A stretch of 32,000 bases of DNA, from contig NC_007335.2 of assembly GCF_000012465.1 (NCBI RefSeq), positions 330,001-362,000 of the forward strand, given 5' to 3'. The notes beneath the pieces were generated by a model that ran no database searches, was not told the DNA's origin, and saw only the letters and a program-made list of their open reading frames with translations. How positions within the stretch are numbered: the first letter of the stretch is position 1; every line of letters starts with the position of its first letter. Both the position numbers and the translations under genes were made by a program. The DNA comes from Prochlorococcus marinus str. NATL2A. GTDB lineage: Bacteria > Cyanobacteriota > Cyanobacteriia > PCC-6307 > Cyanobiaceae. Below, one piece after another: positions 19,601 through 28,168 of the stretch.

Positions 19601-19665
19601 TATTAAAAAAGCACCTATTAGGTGCTTAATAAATGGTGCCAGGACCCAGATTTGAACTGGGGACA
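19601..19665 (-). repeat. Direct repeat copying the tRNA-Phe 3' 32 nt plus its downstream terminator hairpin (distal att site)
   Basis: 19634-19665 (TGGTGCCAGGACCCAGATTTGAACTGGGGACA) is identical to 22470-22501. 19601-19633 matches 22438-22469 with 2-3 differences, including the AGCACCT/AGGTGCT hairpin. Confidence 0.85.
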
Positions 19666-19741
19666 ACTTAAAAAAATACTAAAAAAACACTATTTATGCC
19701 TGTGAAGACAGGACAAATTTCTAGATATGGTGCCTTCTCAA

Positions 19742-19765
19742 AAACTTCCATACCACTTCCATACC
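19742..19765 (+). repeat. 24-nt repeat (AA + 2x ACTTCCATACC), left copy. An inverted single 11-mer lies at 19813-19823.
   Basis: AAACTTCCATACCACTTCCATACC is identical to 22342-22365. GGTATGGAAGT at 19813-19823 is the reverse complement of the 11-mer. Confidence 0.85.
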
Positions 19766-20083
19766 AGTACAATTCTTTGGGAGTTGTTTTTCTTTTTTAT
19801 TTAAGAATCATTGGTATGGAAGTTCTGGGGATTTACTCACCTCAGCAGTTCCAGAAGAGTAAATAAGTTGTTAGTAGTCATTGATGGGTCCTTTGAGAAA
19901 AAGACTTACGAAAGAAAATCTTTCAAGTAGAAGCAAGCAATCAAATCATTAGCGTTGGAGTTTATACAGAAGAGTTCAGGTCAAAAGATCTTTAAGCAAC
20001 TTCAGGACACCAATCAATTTCAAGTATCCGCTGTTCTTTAGTAGTAAAATTGCAAGACCAAAAGAGATAAAAGGTAAGAGAAG

Positions 20084-21172
20084 GTGGATAGTTCTAGTCA
20101 AGAAAGAGAAGGAAAGAAAAAAATTATTGAAATAAAAACATTTGCAGTTCCATTTGCTTTAGGAGAAAAGCAAGAAAATCTTACTATTAAAACAAATACC
20201 CCCTCCAAACCTTCTAAAGAACAAATAATCAATCAAGCAATTCAATTTCATCTAAAAGGAAATATTCAAGAAGCAGCAAAATATTATCAACTGTTTGTAG
20301 AGCAAGGTTTCAAAGATCACATAGTTTTTTCTAATTATGGAGTGGTTTTAAAAAATCTAGCTCAGACACAAGACGCAGAATTGTCATATCGCAAAGCGAT
20401 TGAAATTAAACCTGATTACGCAGATGCTCATTACAATTTGGGAAACTTATTGAAAGAACTAGGCAAATTACAAGACGCAGAATTGTCATATCGCAAAGCG
20501 ATTGAAATTAAACCTGATTACGCAGATGCTCATTACAATCTTGGAATCATATTGAATGATCTTGGTAAATCACAAGAAGCAGAATTGTCATATCGCAAAG
20601 CAATTAAAATTAAACCTGATTACGCAGAAGCGCATTACAACCTGGGAATCATATTGAATGATCTTGGTAAAAGTGACCAAGCAGAATTGTCATACCGCAG
20701 AGCAATTGAAATCAAATCTGATTACGCAGATGCTCATTACAATTTGGGAAACTTATTGAATGATCTTGGTAAATCACAAGAAGCAGAATTGTCATATCGC
20801 AAAGCAATTAAAATTAAACCTGATTACGCAGAAGCGCATTACAACCTGGGAATCATATTGAATGATCTTGGTAAAAGTGACCAAGCAGAATTGTCATACC
20901 GCAGAGCAATTGAAATCAAATCTGATTACGCAGATGCGCATTTAAATCTGGGAAACATATTGAGAGATCTTGGTGAATTACAAGATGCAGAATTATCAAC
21001 TCGCAAAGCAATTGAAATCAAACCTGATAACACAGATGCGCATTTAAATCTGGGAAACATATTGAGAGATCTTGGCAAATTAAAAGACGCAAGATTATGT
21101 TCAGAAAAGATTATGTCTTTAAGGTCCTGGTCACTTGCTGGTTCATACAGTTTTAATTATGAGATGATATAA
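20084..21172 (+). CDS. Tetratricopeptide-repeat (TPR) protein with about 8 near-identical 34-aa repeats
   Basis: 362 aa, GTG start. Repeats of AELSYRKAIEIKPDYADAHYNLGxxLxxLGKxxx with a 102-nt DNA period. No catalytic domain is attached. Confidence 0.85.
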   Translation: MDSSSQEREGKKKIIEIKTFAVPFALGEKQENLTIKTNTPSKPSKEQIINQAIQFHLKGNIQEAAKYYQLFVEQGFKDHIVFSNYGVVLKNLAQTQDAELSYRKAIEIKPDYADAHYNLGNLLKELGKLQDAELSYRKAIEIKPDYADAHYNLGIILNDLGKSQEAELSYRKAIKIKPDYAEAHYNLGIILNDLGKSDQAELSYRRAIEIKSDYADAHYNLGNLLNDLGKSQEAELSYRKAIKIKPDYAEAHYNLGIILNDLGKSDQAELSYRRAIEIKSDYADAHLNLGNILRDLGELQDAELSTRKAIEIKPDNTDAHLNLGNILRDLGKLKDARLCSEKIMSLRSWSLAGSYSFNYEMI

Positions 21173-22148
21173 GATTGATCTCATAATGCATAAGTTTGGT
21201 TAAGATCTTTGAGACTTCGTTGTCTATTAATTTAGACTCATTTATAACTTTATTTCTAATTGAAATATTTAACTGGAATATTTTCAATAAAAAATCTTGA
21301 GGGATATTGATATGATCAATCTTCCTAAGAATCTCATCAAAATATTCATACGGTAATCTCGGATGATTAACATCAGCGATCGGTAAACCCTCTAAAATGA
21401 TTTTTTTACCAGATCTTTCTATTTTCATAGAATCATCGTTAATACTCATCCCCTTGCAGACAATATGAATTCCAAGATCTTCAATATTTATTGACAAAGG
21501 AATTGAAAAAATTATGCTTTCTTCAGAAAAAAAACCTTGATAAAAAAAACGACTTAATGGACTAATTCTGCTATATGAATGTCTTAACTCACCATTTACA
21601 GCAGGATAATTAGGAGTGCTTATTCCATCCTTATTAGTAATAAAAGGAAAAGATCTTACTTTATGATTTACAAGTTCCACTATGGGAACGACAACACTAC
21701 TATTTTTAAACTTAAATACTCTAGCATTCAAAAATTGCTTTTTAATAACATTATTCCATGTCCCTTTATGCCTTTCGTCTATATCAACTAAAGCATATTT
21801 TTTAATTAATTCTTTTAAATTTGAATTAAATAAACTTAATCCCCTCTCAAATAATTCTGTTGTTTCTTTGCCGCCAGATCCCCATGAAAAGTTATCTTGG
21901 TAAAAATTAAAAAAATTTCTAATTTCCTGATTATATTCCTTATCTTTTTTAATTCTTAATTTATTATCTTCTAAATAAATATCGTCTTTTTTGATCATTA
22001 ACTTTGATGGAGTAAAAATTCTCGCTCTCAGACTTGGATTAACAGAAAAAATACCTCTTCCATATTCACCTTCCTTTTGAAATACATTATCTGCTACTCC
22101 GCCAAGTCTACGAAATTCAGAAAGTAAAAAATTCCAATTGTCGTCCAT
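21153..22148 (-). CDS. SET-domain-like protein (putative protein-lysine methyltransferase, Rubisco-LSMT-like architecture)
   Basis: W..LL.EF..LGG...(20 aa)..YGRGIFS...ARIFTPSKLMI, then VVPIVELVNHK and NGELRHSYSRISP. This resembles the GxG / NH / ELxxSY triad of SET domains. The ORF track starts at a TTG (22160). The ATG at 22148 (MDDNWNFLL) is more plausible. Confidence 0.45.
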   Translation of the reverse strand: MDDNWNFLLSEFRRLGGVADNVFQKEGEYGRGIFSVNPSLRARIFTPSKLMIKKDDIYLEDNKLRIKKDKEYNQEIRNFFNFYQDNFSWGSGGKETTELFERGLSLFNSNLKELIKKYALVDIDERHKGTWNNVIKKQFLNARVFKFKNSSVVVPIVELVNHKVRSFPFITNKDGISTPNYPAVNGELRHSYSRISPLSRFFYQGFFSEESIIFSIPLSINIEDLGIHIVCKGMSINDDSMKIERSGKKIILEGLPIADVNHPRLPYEYFDEILRKIDHINIPQDFLLKIFQLNISIRNKVINESKLIDNEVSKILTKLMHYEINLISSHN

Positions 22149-22341
22149 AAGAGATATCAATGCTACATGACTTATGTCTTCTCTTTAATCTAGTTGAACA
22201 CCAAGATTTAGAAAACTGGGTAAAGTTTGAAGCAAAACATCCAAACACCTTCGCTGGGATGTATCAGTTCTGGATTTCTAAAATGAATACCTGATTATTC
22301 ATAGAACATCATGGCAGTAATAATTCATTGATCTGATAGGG

Positions 22342-22365
22342 AAACTTCCATACCACTTCCATACC
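22342..22365 (+). repeat. 24-nt repeat (AA + 2x ACTTCCATACC), right copy
   Basis: Identical to 19742-19765, exactly 2600 nt away. Confidence 0.85.
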
Positions 22366-22441
22366 GTTTTTATAGATACTCAATTTGTGCCTTAACGAAC
22401 TTAAAACCCTGAAAACGCAACTATATTTTGTTTTGGGTATT

Positions 22442-22463
22442 AAAAAAGCACCTATAAGGTGCT
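22442..22463 (-). terminator. Rho-independent terminator immediately downstream of tRNA-Phe
   Basis: On the minus strand, an AGCACCT-tat-AGGTGCT hairpin is followed by TTTTTT. Confidence 0.6.
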
Positions 22464-22469
22464 CATTAA

Positions 22470-22545
22470 TGGTGCCAGGACCCAGATTTGAACTGGGGAC
22501 ACGGCGATTTTCAGTCGCCTGCTCTACCAACTGAGCTATCCCGGC
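22470..22545 (-). tRNA. trnF: tRNA-Phe (anticodon GAA), CCA encoded
   Basis: The reverse complement is GCCGGGATAGCTCAGTTGGTAGAGCAGGCGACTGAAAATCGCCGTGTCCCCAGTTCAAATCTGGGTCCTGGCACCA. It has a 7-bp acceptor stem, the anticodon loop CTGAAAA, and a GTTCAAATC T-loop. Confidence 0.95.
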
Positions 22546-22689
22546 TTTAAACCCTAATAATCTACCAATTCGTAAGTACCTTATTGAAAAATAAATTGAA
22601 ATCGCCTTATTTTTCTTTTGTCTAATTTCAAAGGTAATTTGAAAATCATGAAAATGCTAGCTTTCCAATGATTTTGTTGGAAGCAAATT

Positions 22690-22959
22690 TCATAACTTAG
22701 GAATAGCTTTGATCATCCTAACCAATGTTTTATGTGCATCTGAACAGTCTTGAAGAATATGATCGAATTTTATTTCTAATGTCTCGTCATCAATTTTAAG
22801 CTGAACAGCTTCTGGGGATAGGCTTATCATTTTTGCTGATTTAAAAGTTTTAATTTTTCCATAATATTTTGCATATGCATTGACAGCATCCTCATGGTCT
22901 TTGTTCATATGATTACATATTCTTGTACTTGACTCTTGGGTGATTGGCTCGGAGTTCAT
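22690..22959 (-). CDS. DUF2470-family protein (heme-oxygenase-like/HugZ C-terminal-type small domain)
   Basis: 89 aa with ICNHMNKDHEDAVNAYAKYYG, the HMNxDHxD signature of DUF2470. Confidence 0.6.
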   Translation of the reverse strand: MNSEPITQESSTRICNHMNKDHEDAVNAYAKYYGKIKTFKSAKMISLSPEAVQLKIDDETLEIKFDHILQDCSDAHKTLVRMIKAIPKL

Positions 22960-23056
22960 AAAATTTTTTTGTTAGTGATTTTAGAAACTTATTAATAAGA
23001 TAGATAGATTTAAAGAAATTCAGATTAAAAATTTTATAAAGAATTTAATCCTTTAT

Positions 23057-24292
23057 TCATAATAATCCCTGCAAAGCAATACTTGCTACTCCAGCAGCGG
23101 GGGGGGTGTTGCATATTTTTATTGGTATGCCAATTTCTCTTTCTCTTATTTTTTTCCAAGTAATATTTTTTGCACCTCCTCCAATAGTAATTATTTGCCG
23201 AGGTAAATCAGCTCCTAATTCATTAAGTTTTTGCCAGCCTCTTGCTTCTATTTTCGCTAACCCTTCAAATAATGCATGAAGATAAAGAGAATCACTGACT
23301 GGTCTTGGATCAAGTTTAGGTTGTAAATTTGGGTCATCTATTGGAAATCTTTCTCCTTGACTTGACAATGGAAGAAGGTTTAATCCTGATGATTTATTAG
23401 GATTTATTTGTTTGCTTAATTCTGCAATATATTCAAGATTAAAGAAGTCTAGTAGTATCGAAGCCCCTGTATTAGATGCTCCACCAGATAGCCAATTCCC
23501 TAACAATTTATGATTTGAAATACCTTTTCCCTCCAAGGGGTTATTTACAAATTTTTTAATTACTATTGTGCTACCAAGGATTGTTATCCCATCATTTTTA
23601 TTAGGGAAAGTAGCTAAAACCCCAGCATTAGAATCTGTAGTTCCTGCTATGACTTTAAGATTTTTTGGTAAACTTAATTCATCTGCTTTTTTAGTACATA
23701 CATTTCCCATTATTTGACCTGAAGGAATTATTTTCGGAAGACATTTTAACCATTTTAAATTTTGAAAATTTTCTGGCCATGAACTATTTGATATTTCCCA
23801 ACCCATCCTAATATTGTTACCTTCTTCCCCATACTCCCAATTATTTATAAGCCATCCACTAATCCAATCTGCTTGGTGCCTTAAGATTATTTCATTACCA
23901 TATAAGGCTAGAAGTTTTAGTGCTCTTCCAACACTTCCACTTACGCTTGATCCTGCACATTCTTTAGTAAATAGATTTCTTATCTCGTATGAATATTCCG
24001 AAAATGGTAAGAAATAAGGTAGGGCTTTCCCTAGAGGAACTCCATCTCTATTGCACGCTAGAAGTGTTCCAGAGGTTCCAGCTACTGAACAAGAAACCAA
24101 CTTTTCTTTGAGATCTCTTGGAATTTGTTGTATTAGAGTTTTGAGGCTATTTATCCAGTCTCCAGATATTTCTAGACCTTTAGAGTATTTTGTTGATGAT
24201 GTGAATAGTATTTTTTTTTTAACATTAATGATTGCAATCCTTACGCCTGATGTACCAAGATCTATACCAAGTACAAGAGAATTGTTTAACAT
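23057..24292 (-). CDS. FGGY-family carbohydrate kinase
   Basis: 411 aa. N-terminal LGIDLGTSGVRIA (actin-like ATPase phosphate-1 motif), AGTTDSNAG, and C-terminal ITIGGGAKN. Confidence 0.75.
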   Translation of the reverse strand: MLNNSLVLGIDLGTSGVRIAIINVKKKILFTSSTKYSKGLEISGDWINSLKTLIQQIPRDLKEKLVSCSVAGTSGTLLACNRDGVPLGKALPYFLPFSEYSYEIRNLFTKECAGSSVSGSVGRALKLLALYGNEIILRHQADWISGWLINNWEYGEEGNNIRMGWEISNSSWPENFQNLKWLKCLPKIIPSGQIMGNVCTKKADELSLPKNLKVIAGTTDSNAGVLATFPNKNDGITILGSTIVIKKFVNNPLEGKGISNHKLLGNWLSGGASNTGASILLDFFNLEYIAELSKQINPNKSSGLNLLPLSSQGERFPIDDPNLQPKLDPRPVSDSLYLHALFEGLAKIEARGWQKLNELGADLPRQIITIGGGAKNITWKKIREREIGIPIKICNTPPAAGVASIALQGLL

Positions 24293-24311
24293 TTTTTTTA
24301 TTAAATTCTTT

Positions 24312-25541
24312 TTATTTGAGCAAACTTAGTTCTTTTGCTTTTTGAGATACGTCCTCCCATGGGAGAAGAATATCCGTTCTGCCAAAATGACCATAGGCCG
24401 CGGTATCTCTATAAAAACGTCCACCTCTAATACTTGGTAGGTTTTGAAGATCGAATGCTTTAATAATTGCGCCTGGTCTTAGATCGAATTGATCTTGTAC
24501 AAGTTGTGTTAGTTCAGAGTCTGAAACCTTTCCTGTCCCAAATGAATCCACAAGTATCGATATAGGTTTTGCGACTCCGATTGCATAACTTAATTGAACT
24601 TCAACTTTTTTTGCAAGATTTGCTGCAACTAATGCCTTCGCAACAAATCTTGCTGCATAAGCTGCAGATCTATCAACCTTAGTAGGGTCTTTCCCTGAAA
24701 AAGCGCCTCCACCATGTCGAGCATATCCACCATAGGTATCAACAATTATTTTTCTTCCAGTTAGACCTGCGTCGCCTTGGGGTCCCCCAATAACAAATTT
24801 CCCTGTGGGATTAACAAGGAAGCGAGTTGATCCTTTAGCAGGTTTCAGAGGCAGGTCTTCGGTAGCAGGCTCAACAACAAATTTCCATAGGTCTTTAGCA
24901 ATTCTCTTTTGAATTTCCTCTTCAAGAGTTATTCCATCTACTTCGGATTTATGCTGAGTAGAAATCAGTATTGTGTCTATGGAGCATGGTACTCCGTTTT
25001 CGTATGAGACACTTACTTGGGTTTTGCCATCAGGTAAAAGATAATCGATTAATTGTTGATGCCTAACTAATGCCAGCCTTCGTGCTAATCGATGAGCGAG
25101 ACTTATTGGCAATGGCATAAGTTCAGGAGTCTCGTCGCAAGCAAATCCAAACATAATCCCCTGATCACCAGCCCCTACTTGATCGAGCGGATCTGTTGAA
25201 TGGTCTTCAGCTTCATTTACACCTTGAGCTATATCTGAAGACTGTTGGTCAAGTGCGACTAGAACGGCGCAACTATTAGCATCGAATCCGCCATCACTTG
25301 CACTTCTATATCCAATGTTTTTGATAACTTCTCTGACAAGCTTATTAAAATCCACCTCTGCTTTTGAAGTTATTTCTCCAGTTATTAAACATAAGCCAGT
25401 ATTAACAACTGCTTCACATGCGACTCTGCTGGTTGGATCTTCACTGAGGCATGCATCTAAAACTGCGTCACTCACTTGATCACAGATTTTGTCTGGATGC
25501 CCTTCAGTGACAGATTCAGATGTGAAAACGTATCTACTCAT
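24312..25541 (-). CDS. metK: S-adenosylmethionine synthetase
   Basis: 409 aa. [55 protein letters not shown]. Confidence 0.97.
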   Translation of the reverse strand: MSRYVFTSESVTEGHPDKICDQVSDAVLDACLSEDPTSRVACEAVVNTGLCLITGEITSKAEVDFNKLVREVIKNIGYRSASDGGFDANSCAVLVALDQQSSDIAQGVNEAEDHSTDPLDQVGAGDQGIMFGFACDETPELMPLPISLAHRLARRLALVRHQQLIDYLLPDGKTQVSVSYENGVPCSIDTILISTQHKSEVDGITLEEEIQKRIAKDLWKFVVEPATEDLPLKPAKGSTRFLVNPTGKFVIGGPQGDAGLTGRKIIVDTYGGYARHGGGAFSGKDPTKVDRSAAYAARFVAKALVAANLAKKVEVQLSYAIGVAKPISILVDSFGTGKVSDSELTQLVQDQFDLRPGAIIKAFDLQNLPSIRGGRFYRDTAAYGHFGRTDILLPWEDVSQKAKELSLLK

Positions 25542-25564
25542 TTAAAATATTAATATTCAATATT

Positions 25565-26353
25565 TTAATAGCTTGAATGAATTTTTAATTCATTTAATTT
25601 TTCTATAAGAAATTTCTTTTCAGTCAGAACTGGGGGGGTTTGCCAGCCACCATTAAAACCAACTACTATTGTTATGCCAGCTTCTTTGGCCATTCTTAAA
25701 TCAGTATCTGCATCTGAAATAAGAGCACAATCTGACGGGTTAAAGTTCATTTTTTTGCAAAGTTCTATAACTGCTTCTGGATTGGGTTTAGAAGGTTTAT
25801 TTTCAGCACTCCAATGATAATCAAATATACCTTCCAATTTATTTCTGCAAATAAATTCTTCAATCCCTACTTGTGTATCATTTGTCATTAATGCAATAGA
25901 TACTCCTTCTTTTTTTAGAGAAACCAATAGATCTAAAGCTCCTGAAATTAGATTTCTATGCTTCTGCGCATTACCTTTTTGATTAAAAAGGTAAATATCT
26001 ACTTCATCGAAGATTTCTTTACCTATTGAAAGTGATTGAAACCAATCGAAACCAAATAAAGTAAAGATTGTCGCAGTTGATATAATGTTTTGCTCTCTAG
26101 AAGCTATAGCTAAACTTGCATTAGCTGAAAGATAATTTTTCTTTAATCCATAAACAGAAATAAGCAATTTTTTTAATAACCAAATTTTAATATTGTTTAG
26201 TTTTAATTTTTTAAGTTTATCTTCAAAAAAATTTATCCTAGTTTTAGCCAGTTCTAATAAGCACTCCTCACTATTTGATAAGGTCCCATCCTTATCAAAT
26301 ATTACTGCCTTAATAAAACCAACAGAGCTATTTTTTATTAATAGTTCTGCCAT
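25565..26353 (-). CDS. HAD-superfamily hydrolase (phosphatase-like)
   Basis: 262 aa. Motif I VIFDKDGTL, motif II-like ALMTND, motif IV-like ISDADTDLRMAKEAG. Confidence 0.7.
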   Translation of the reverse strand: MAELLIKNSSVGFIKAVIFDKDGTLSNSEECLLELAKTRINFFEDKLKKLKLNNIKIWLLKKLLISVYGLKKNYLSANASLAIASREQNIISTATIFTLFGFDWFQSLSIGKEIFDEVDIYLFNQKGNAQKHRNLISGALDLLVSLKKEGVSIALMTNDTQVGIEEFICRNKLEGIFDYHWSAENKPSKPNPEAVIELCKKMNFNPSDCALISDADTDLRMAKEAGITIVVGFNGGWQTPPVLTEKKFLIEKLNELKIHSSY

Positions 26354-26371
26354 TTCAATAAATGTAAATAA

Positions 26372-27481
26372 TCAAATAGTCATTACTGCAATAGGATCTT
26401 CTCCTTCTTCTGCTTGCTCAAGAAGCATTTGTTTGTATCTCGCTGCCATCTCTTCAGCCTTATCAAAAACTTTTTGAGGGTCAGTCAGCATGTCTCCAGG
26501 TTCTGGTTCAAGCGCCTTCGTCGATAGAGAAATTCTTCCTCTTTCAGCGTCTAGATCAATAATCATGACCTTCATTTGATCATTGACATTTAATACGGAG
26601 TGAGGAGTTTCAATATGCTCATGGCTTATTTCAGAGATGTGAAGAAGTCCACTTACGCCACCAATGTCTATAAATGCACCATAAGGTTTAATTCCTCTGA
26701 CTGCTCCTACAACAACTTCTCCAACTTCAAGGCGATTCATTTTTCTCTCGACTAAAGCCCTGCGATGACTTAAAACAAGCCTATTCCTTTCTTCATCAAC
26801 TTCTAAGAATTTCAATGGCAAGAAATCAGCAACTAGTTCTTCTTTCGCCTTTCTAGTGCTTATGTGTGATCCAGGAATAAATCCTCTGAGCCCTTCAACT
26901 CGAACAAGTGCACCGCCTCTATTTGTAGCAAAAACCTCGGAATAAATTGTTGCATCTTCTTTTTGTAATTGTCTAACTCTTTCCCAAGCTCGTTGATATT
27001 CAATTCTCCTGATAGATAAGGATAATTGGCCATCCTCATTTTCCTCAGTCATTATAAAAAATTCTCTAATTTCTGAGGGCTGTAAAACATCACTCAGACC
27101 CTCGACTCTATTTATTGAGACTTCTTGCATAGGCATAAAAGCAGCTGTTTTCGCTCCGATGTCAATCATTGCTCCTTTCGATTCAAGAGCAAAAACTGTT
27201 CCATTGACGATGTCACCAGGTTTAAAATTGTAGTCGTATTTACTTAGTAAAGATGCAAATTCATCAAGTGTGAAACCTGCAGTTTCAAGATCACTCTTAT
27301 TAATTCTGCTTGAAGAGTCATCAGCAGCAGGAATGTTTTTTGGAATATCGTCTTCTTTTAATTCAGTAATTGAATTTTCTTCAAACTCTGCAATTGTGGC
27401 ATTTGAAACAGTTTCTTCAGGTATAGATGTCTCTTTTTCAGGATTTTTTTCTTCAATTTTGCTTGCTGGATTTTCAGACAT
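26372..27481 (-). CDS. rpsA: 30S ribosomal protein S1 (cyanobacterial Rps1a type) with an acidic N-terminal extension
   Basis: 369 aa with three S1 OB-fold repeats (GDIVNGTVFALESKGAMIDIGAKTAAFMP; GGALVRVEGLRGFIPGSHIS; GEVVVGAVRGIKPYGAFIDIGGVSGLLHISEIS). Confidence 0.9.
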   Translation of the reverse strand: MSENPASKIEEKNPEKETSIPEETVSNATIAEFEENSITELKEDDIPKNIPAADDSSSRINKSDLETAGFTLDEFASLLSKYDYNFKPGDIVNGTVFALESKGAMIDIGAKTAAFMPMQEVSINRVEGLSDVLQPSEIREFFIMTEENEDGQLSLSIRRIEYQRAWERVRQLQKEDATIYSEVFATNRGGALVRVEGLRGFIPGSHISTRKAKEELVADFLPLKFLEVDEERNRLVLSHRRALVERKMNRLEVGEVVVGAVRGIKPYGAFIDIGGVSGLLHISEISHEHIETPHSVLNVNDQMKVMIIDLDAERGRISLSTKALEPEPGDMLTDPQKVFDKAEEMAARYKQMLLEQAEEGEDPIAVMTI

Positions 27482-27584
27482 GCTTGAATGGCGGTCTGCC
27501 TTTTTAGAACAGTGCGATAGGAATACAAAATGGCCCGCCGACCAAATTGAGATTAAATTCTACTTTATTGATAGGTCTTTCTAG

Positions 27585-28064
27585 TTAAATAACTGATGCC
27601 AATTGTTCTTTTTTTATTGGTTTTAGTGCTTCAAGGGTTTTCATGAAATCATTAATTCCATTAAACTGTCTATAAACAGATGCAAATCTGATATAAGCAA
27701 CTTCATTAATATCTTTTAAATGTGTAAGAACCATTTCTCCAATTTCAATTGATTTGATCTCTTTACAAACTCCTTGATGGAGTTCTAGCTCTATTTCGTC
27801 AACAATAAATTCAATTTTAGATCCATGTATAAGTGTTTTTTCACAGGCTCTGTTTAGGCCATTAATTATTTTACTTCGATTAAATAATTCTTTTGCTCCG
27901 CTTCTTTTTAAAACATTAATTGGTGTTGTTTCTACTCTTTCATAAGTAGTAAATCGGAAGTCGCAATTTAAGCACTCCCTTCTTCTTCTTACGCTTCTTC
28001 CAGAATCAGCCGAACGAGATTCAAGAACTCGACTGTCTGTATTTTGACAAGATGGGCACTGCAT
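27585..28064 (-). CDS. nrdR: Transcriptional repressor NrdR
   Basis: 159 aa. [17 protein letters not shown]...[20 protein letters not shown] zinc ribbon plus an ATP-cone. Confidence 0.95.
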   Translation of the reverse strand: MQCPSCQNTDSRVLESRSADSGRSVRRRRECLNCDFRFTTYERVETTPINVLKRSGAKELFNRSKIINGLNRACEKTLIHGSKIEFIVDEIELELHQGVCKEIKSIEIGEMVLTHLKDINEVAYIRFASVYRQFNGINDFMKTLEALKPIKKEQLASVI

Positions 28065-28168
28065 GCAGCCCTTTTTAACGATTTAACTAACTTTAAACAT
28101 TTATTTGGCTTCTGAGAAGGGGTAGATTAAATAAAACTACTTTTAGACTTAAAATATTTTTTTAATTT

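Larger units (their letters stand above)
19601..22545. mobile_element. Integrase-less genomic islet at tRNA-Phe, delimited by att-like direct repeats (remnant of a tRNA-targeting integrative element)
   Basis: An intact tRNA-Phe lies at one end and a 65-nt copy of its 3' part plus terminator at the other. The cargo is two non-core-looking genes (TPR, SET-like). No recombinase ORF lies between the repeats. Confidence 0.55.

Noticed and set aside
19696-19866. 56-codon plus-strand ORF (MPVKTGQISRYGAFSKTSIPLPYQYNSLGVVFLFYLRIIGMEVLGIYSPQQFQKSK)
   Set aside because: It is built largely from the ACTTCCATACC repeats and their inverted copy. It has no motif and no obvious translation signals, so it is more parsimoniously non-coding repeat DNA.
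20340-21100. Regular ~102-nt periodic repeats that could be mistaken for a CRISPR-like or satellite array
   Set aside because: The periodicity is exactly 34 codons, in frame, and encodes canonical TPR helices. There are no unique spacers and no cas genes.
22309-22530. 73-aa minus-strand ORF (TTG start)
   Set aside because: Its first ~20 codons are simply the tRNA-Phe gene and its terminator read as protein. The remainder crosses the 24-nt repeat. It is an artefact of ORF calling.
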